Assembly: GCA_050633305.1 (NCBI GenBank)
Contig: JBOEGF010000010.1
Coordinates: 1 to 64,000, forward strand
Length of the DNA: 64,000 bases
Reading direction: 5' to 3'
DNA from: Nannocystales bacterium
GTDB taxonomy: Bacteria; Myxococcota_A; Polyangia; Nannocystales; Nannocystaceae
This document shows, one piece after another, positions 59,801-64,000 of this stretch; the first letter of the stretch is position 1, and each line of letters opens with the position of its first letter. The notes under the pieces were generated by a model. It saw nothing but the letters and a program-made list of their open reading frames with translations. It was not told the DNA's origin and made no database searches. Position numbers and translations under genes: made by a program.

Positions 59801-60443
59801 CGCTTGCCTTGTTCGGCACGAATTTGGCCGGAGCCTCGACGCCGGGTCCGACGAGCGAGCGTGTCCACCGGGCGAGGTCGTCGATCAAAGACTTCGAGAT
59901 CCTAGGGCCGGGTGCGAGGTCGTGAACGGAGGTTCGCAGCTCAGCGCGTGCGCGGCTGAGGCGGTTGCGGACCGTGCTGACGGGGATCCCCAAGACCTCC
60001 GCGATTTCCCGACCGCGCATGCCTTCCCAGTAGTGGAGTTGCATCGCGATCTGCAGGTCATCGTCGAGGCGGTTGAGCGCGAGGAGGAGAACCCGTTGCT
60101 CGTCCTGCATCGCGACGATGCCGCTGGCCGTGAGACCGGTGTCGGGACCGCGCCCCTGCACCTCCTTCATCGCGGCATCACCTCGGTGCGCTTTCCGCAA
60201 GAACTGCAGCAGCTTTCGGCGGGCGATACCAAAGAGGTACGCGCGGAAGCTGGATGCCTCGGAGAAACGGTCGCGGGCCTCGACGGCGGCGAGCAGGGTG
60301 GCCTGGGTCAGGTCGTCGGCGACGTGGCTAGCCTTGACCTCAAAGAAGCGAGAGACCGCGCCGTAGTGGCGGCGGATGAGCTCGCTTCCCGCGGACCGGT
60401 CGCCATCGCGCCATGCCGCCAAGAGGCCGAAATCCCGCTCCAT
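59793..60443 (-). CDS. ECF sigma factor, translationally coupled to the kinase
   Basis: LLAAWRDGD, ADDLTQATL, FRAYLFGIAR, LHYWEGMRGREIAEVLGIPVSTVRNRLSRAR. Confidence 0.92.
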   Translation of the reverse strand: MERDFGLLAAWRDGDRSAGSELIRRHYGAVSRFFEVKASHVADDLTQATLLAAVEARDRFSEASSFRAYLFGIARRKLLQFLRKAHRGDAAMKEVQGRGPDTGLTASGIVAMQDEQRVLLLALNRLDDDLQIAMQLHYWEGMRGREIAEVLGIPVSTVRNRLSRARAELRTSVHDLAPGPRISKSLIDDLARWTRSLVGPGVEAPAKFVPNKASDG

Positions 60444-60519
60444 GGCCCTGATGGTAGCACTGGAGCCCCATTCCGAGTTTTCTGCGGATGTTCTGCGGGC
60501 TGCGACGACTTGGTGAGCG

Positions 60520-62121
60520 ATGACCCGACTTGGCATCCTCTTCTGCGGCTTTGCGCTCATCGTGGGGTGTTCCGACTCCGACCCGCCTGGAGCGGTCGGA
60601 GGCGAGACAAGCGCGGGAAGCTCAGGCGATACGAACGCCTCGGGTCCCACAGACCCTGGGTCTGGATCCGAGGCGACGTCGTCCGGTGGCGGGGACGTTC
60701 CCTCGGCGGAGAGCGGCTCGACTGCGGGCGATGATGGCTCCACTGGCGACGTCGGGGAGGATCCGCCCTCATGCGAGGACGGTCCTGCGCCCGAGGTCTG
60801 CGGCAATGGGATCGACGAAGACTGTGACGGCGAAGACTGGGCCTGTCCGGAGGCAGCGGTCCACGTCGACAACGTATCGGGAGATGACGGCGCCGACGGT
60901 TCTGCGGAGAACCCGGTCGCTTCTGTCGCCCGAGGACTCGAACTCGCGGAGTCGGGAACGGTCATTTTTCTACAGGCGACAGAGCTGGGCTACACAGGAG
61001 CCTGCATCACCGAGCCAGGGATCTCGCTCGTGGGGTGGGGTGGCCAACCGGTCATCGATCAACGCGTCGAGTGTGACGGTCGAGCGGCGCTCATCTTCTC
61101 TCGCGCCGACGACTTTCGGATTGAGAACGTGCGGCTCGACGCATCTGCGCTGGGGGGGCTGCGCTTGCGGGCTCTGATCTTCTCCGGCCTTCCCGATGCG
61201 CCGATCTATCGAAACGAGGCCCGCTTCGTCGATGCTCTCGGTCCGGGCGTCGGCCCCGATGGGCGCTCATTGATCAGCGCTTCGCTCTGCTACGACTGCC
61301 TGCTCGAGTACAGCTCCTCGATCGAATCTGAGGACCACGGCATCTACTGGACCAACCACCAAGACGGGTCGGTCATTCGCGGGAACTACGTCGCGCGGGC
61401 CGACGGCGCGTGTCTGCAGCTCAACGCCGACCCCGAGACAAATGACCCGATGCACCCGTTCCAGGATGGGATCATGTCCGATGGCCTGGTGGAGGACAAC
61501 GTCCTCGAAGACTGCGGGAACGAGTCCGGCGGCGCCGCGCTCAACCTCGCGGGCGTCCATGACACCGTCTTCCGGAACAACCTGATGTTCGGAAGCCCTT
61601 TCAACGGCGGCGTGGCGATGTGGGACGACGGCTACAGCGACTGGGGGGAGGCAGGAGACTTCGACTTCGGGTGTGTGGGCAACGAGTTCGTCCACAACAC
61701 GATCGACTGCCGTGGATGCGACCGTCACGCGTTCTCACTGCGCAACGGGAGCACATCGAACATCGTGCGGAACAACATCTTCATCACGGCGGAATTCGAC
61801 GCCGTGGCCGTGGACTCCGAGTCCAACTCGGGCAACGACGTCGACTACAACGTCTACCTCGAGGGCACGATCTTCGAGGGCGTCGACGGTCAGTGGGTCG
61901 GTATCGAGGCGTGGCGAGTGTCGACCGGTCACGACCTCAACAGCTTGTCCGTCGCACTGGGGACGCTATTCGTGGACGAGGCGGATGGCGACTACCGTCT
62001 CGCGCCGAACAGCCCCGCCATCGATGCTGGCTCCGGGACATCGGTACCGTTCGACTACGATGATGTGCCACGACCCCAAGGCACCGCGCCGGACCCCGGA
62101 GCCTTCGAGTTCGTCCCCTAG
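60520..62121 (+). CDS. Lipoprotein with MopE-like metal-binding repeat and right-handed beta-helix
   Basis: ALIVGC lipobox; PEVCGNGIDEDCDG; DDGADGSAENPVASV; GDYRLAPNSPAIDAG...PDPGAFEF. Confidence 0.82.
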   Translation: MTRLGILFCGFALIVGCSDSDPPGAVGGETSAGSSGDTNASGPTDPGSGSEATSSGGGDVPSAESGSTAGDDGSTGDVGEDPPSCEDGPAPEVCGNGIDEDCDGEDWACPEAAVHVDNVSGDDGADGSAENPVASVARGLELAESGTVIFLQATELGYTGACITEPGISLVGWGGQPVIDQRVECDGRAALIFSRADDFRIENVRLDASALGGLRLRALIFSGLPDAPIYRNEARFVDALGPGVGPDGRSLISASLCYDCLLEYSSSIESEDHGIYWTNHQDGSVIRGNYVARADGACLQLNADPETNDPMHPFQDGIMSDGLVEDNVLEDCGNESGGAALNLAGVHDTVFRNNLMFGSPFNGGVAMWDDGYSDWGEAGDFDFGCVGNEFVHNTIDCRGCDRHAFSLRNGSTSNIVRNNIFITAEFDAVAVDSESNSGNDVDYNVYLEGTIFEGVDGQWVGIEAWRVSTGHDLNSLSVALGTLFVDEADGDYRLAPNSPAIDAGSGTSVPFDYDDVPRPQGTAPDPGAFEFVP

Positions 62122-62161
62122 TGTCGTGACAGCACACGAGGTCTCGCCGGGTCCGAATGGT

Positions 62162-62908
62162 TCACCGGCTGAGCTGGAGCCGGAGGCGTGGGGGGACCGC
62201 GCCGCTGGTGCTCCAGTACTGTACGTTGTCGGCAGACCCGGGCTCGACGGAGAGGTATAGGAAGTCTCCCATGACCAGCGATGGGTCGAGCTTCCACTGT
62301 ACGGTCTGTCCCAACGTGACCCCGCCGCTGGGAGCGTCCGAAGGCGTGGAGGTCGGAACTGCGGCAGGTAGCCCATCTTCGAGCCCGGCGGCGGAGAATG
62401 GCTCGACGGGGACGATGCGTCCGGCTGCCTCGGAGGCAGCGTCACCGGAGTCCGCGGCGGTCAGCTCGAGCCGTATCGAGAGGATGCTTGTGACCTCGGG
62501 TAGGCCGCTCAGCTCGAAGATGAGGTAGCCCGTGGATTGCTCGGAGCTGTCGCCGTCGAAGATATCGACGTCGATGCGCCCGGGTCCGGCGAATTGTTCG
62601 CACTGTACGGGGGGGGTGGACGCTCCGGCACAACCCGCGTAGGAGGCGGGGAGCACTTGTTCCGTGCTGCATGCGTCTGCGAGTCCGTCGCCCGCGAACG
62701 GGCCCCAACGACGTCCAGGTTCACAGGCAACGTCCGGGTAGCTGCAGTACGCGTTGACTTCGCATCGCCCGGATGCTTCGTCGACGACGCACTCCGAATC
62801 CGTCGCGCACGGGTACGGCTCTGGCTCCCCGCAGGCGCAAGCCAAACTCAGCCAGACACACACCAGCGCGACCCCGATATGCGGGGTGGGAGGTCGGTGT
62901 CTCACCAC
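62162..62908 (-). CDS. Cys-rich lipoprotein with C-terminal beta-sandwich (DNRLRE-like)
   Basis: LSLACAC lipobox; CATDSEC...GRCEVNAYCSYPD; GYLIFELSGLP...PRLRL. Confidence 0.65.
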   Translation of the reverse strand: MVRHRPPTPHIGVALVCVWLSLACACGEPEPYPCATDSECVVDEASGRCEVNAYCSYPDVACEPGRRWGPFAGDGLADACSTEQVLPASYAGCAGASTPPVQCEQFAGPGRIDVDIFDGDSSEQSTGYLIFELSGLPEVTSILSIRLELTAADSGDAASEAAGRIVPVEPFSAAGLEDGLPAAVPTSTPSDAPSGGVTLGQTVQWKLDPSLVMGDFLYLSVEPGSADNVQYWSTSGAVPPRLRLQLSR

Positions 62909-63139
62909 AGTGAAACCTATCAGTCCGCGGTCGTGAAGCAGTGCGATGGCGGAGTCGCCGACCAGCTGGTGTGAGGCGCGATTGCGCGATGCGGCCCACT
63001 CCGTCGTCCGGGGATGGAGTGGGCCGTGTGAACGCCAAGGCTATGATAGGATAAGCTTTTCTGACATGCTGGATATCGGCTTGCGCCCAGGGAACCGTCA
63101 AGTCGTTTGACAGCTGTGTTCGTTTGGGTAGTTTTAGAT

Positions 63140-64000
63140 ATGCATTGCTCGGCGTTGTCTTGCCTCTTGCGCCGGGGGTTCCTGACCGGGTCTTTCGTGC
63201 TTCTGCTCCCCTCCTGCAGCACGGTCACAACACTTGAGAGCTCGGAAGAGACGGGAGGGCGGGCGGAGACGGAAGAGGCTGGAGGGATCATCCCCACGGG
63301 TTCGGCGGAGGGGTCGAGCAGCGAACCCGCCCCGACCGCAACCGGCTCCAGCTCGGGAGGCGACAGCTCGGACGAGGGTGGGAACTCGTTCTTGGATGGG
63401 TCGACGTCGGGTGCAGGCGTGTGCGGGAACTCGATTCCCGACGGCGTCGTTCGGAGCAGTGTGGCGGACTGTTCCGTCTTTGCGCAGGACTGCTGTCCCG
63501 GCGAGGCTTGTCGTGCATGGGCGAACGACGGTGGCTCGCAATGGAACGCGACTCGATGTGTACCGGTGGACCCCGAAGCGGGCTCTGTCGGTGAGCCATG
63601 CACGGTCCAGGGGAGCGCCGTCACCGGTCTCGACAGCTGTGACGTCGGCCTGATGTGTTGGGAGGTCGATTCGGACTCGTTCGAAGGGACGTGCATCGAG
63701 GTCTGCGGCGGATCGGAGAGCGAACCGACGTGCTCGAGTCCGGATGACGTTTGCGGGATCTACAACGACGGCGTCTTGGCCCTATGCCTGCCAGGCTGCG
63801 ACCTGCCGACGAACGACTGCGAAGGTGATGACGTTTGTGTCCCGGCGGGGGACGACACCTTCGGTTGCATCGACGAGGGCTATCCGCGGTGTCGGGCCGG
63901 GACCAGCGAGGTTGTCCCGTCGCAGGGTGCGGACTGTTCGGAAGGTGAGCCGTGTTGCGCGCCATACTGCGACCTCGCTGATGGAGCATCGTGTGGAGAA
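63140..64000 (+). CDS. Nannocystaceae-type Cys-rich lipoprotein, 3' end beyond the window
   Basis: Manual translation: MHCSAL...VLLLPSC...CSVFAQDCCPGEACRAWANDGGSQWNATRCVPV...GEPCTVQGSAVTGLDSCDVGLMCW. Not in the ORF track. Confidence 0.8.
   Translation, partial: MHCSALSCLLRRGFLTGSFVLLLPSCSTVTTLESSEETGGRAETEEAGGIIPTGSAEGSSSEPAPTATGSSSGGDSSDEGGNSFLDGSTSGAGVCGNSIPDGVVRSSVADCSVFAQDCCPGEACRAWANDGGSQWNATRCVPVDPEAGSVGEPCTVQGSAVTGLDSCDVGLMCWEVDSDSFEGTCIEVCGGSESEPTCSSPDDVCGIYNDGVLALCLPGCDLPTNDCEGDDVCVPAGDDTFGCIDEGYPRCRAGTSEVVPSQGADCSEGEPCCAPYCDLADGASCGE

Noticed and set aside
63140..64000. Enzyme annotation (this family is, from memory, often auto-labelled ribulose-phosphate epimerase)
   Set aside because: No TIM-barrel epimerase motifs; it is a Cys-rich lipoprotein.

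Overview
High-GC myxobacterial DNA, most consistent with Nannocystaceae (Plesiocystis/Enhygromyxa/Nannocystis-like), judged from the Cys-rich lipoproteins, ECF-Ser/Thr kinase modules, a Myxococcus-type Cys repeat and a Cys-rich Pal. About 55 real genes are present; most long ORFs in the supplied track are antisense or frame-shadow artefacts. Two real genes are missing from the track because they run off the window edges: a RAYT-like HUH (Y1) transposase at <1-943 (-) and a Cys-rich lipoprotein at 63140->64000 (+). Recognisable housekeeping and accessory genes include murA, short hisG, pal-cpoB, tag, an M16 peptidase, a tonB-exbB-exbD-exbD-TBDR-lipoprotein operon, a Tat-exported vanadium haloperoxidase, a CheA-like kinase lacking CheW and four ECF sigma factors. 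The best candidates for undescribed biology are: (1) an ECF/anti-sigma/beta-barrel module with two lipoproteins sharing an unrecognised 8-Cys repeat; (2) a candidate ~220-nt sigma54-promoter-to-terminator structured sRNA at ~28497-28717 (-); (3) a 168-bp CTAG-bounded palindromic element at 9156-9323; (4) the RAYT-like gene with a perfect 30-bp upstream palindrome. No rRNA, tRNA or CRISPR array was seen. All protein calls come from motif recognition by eye, not from database searches.
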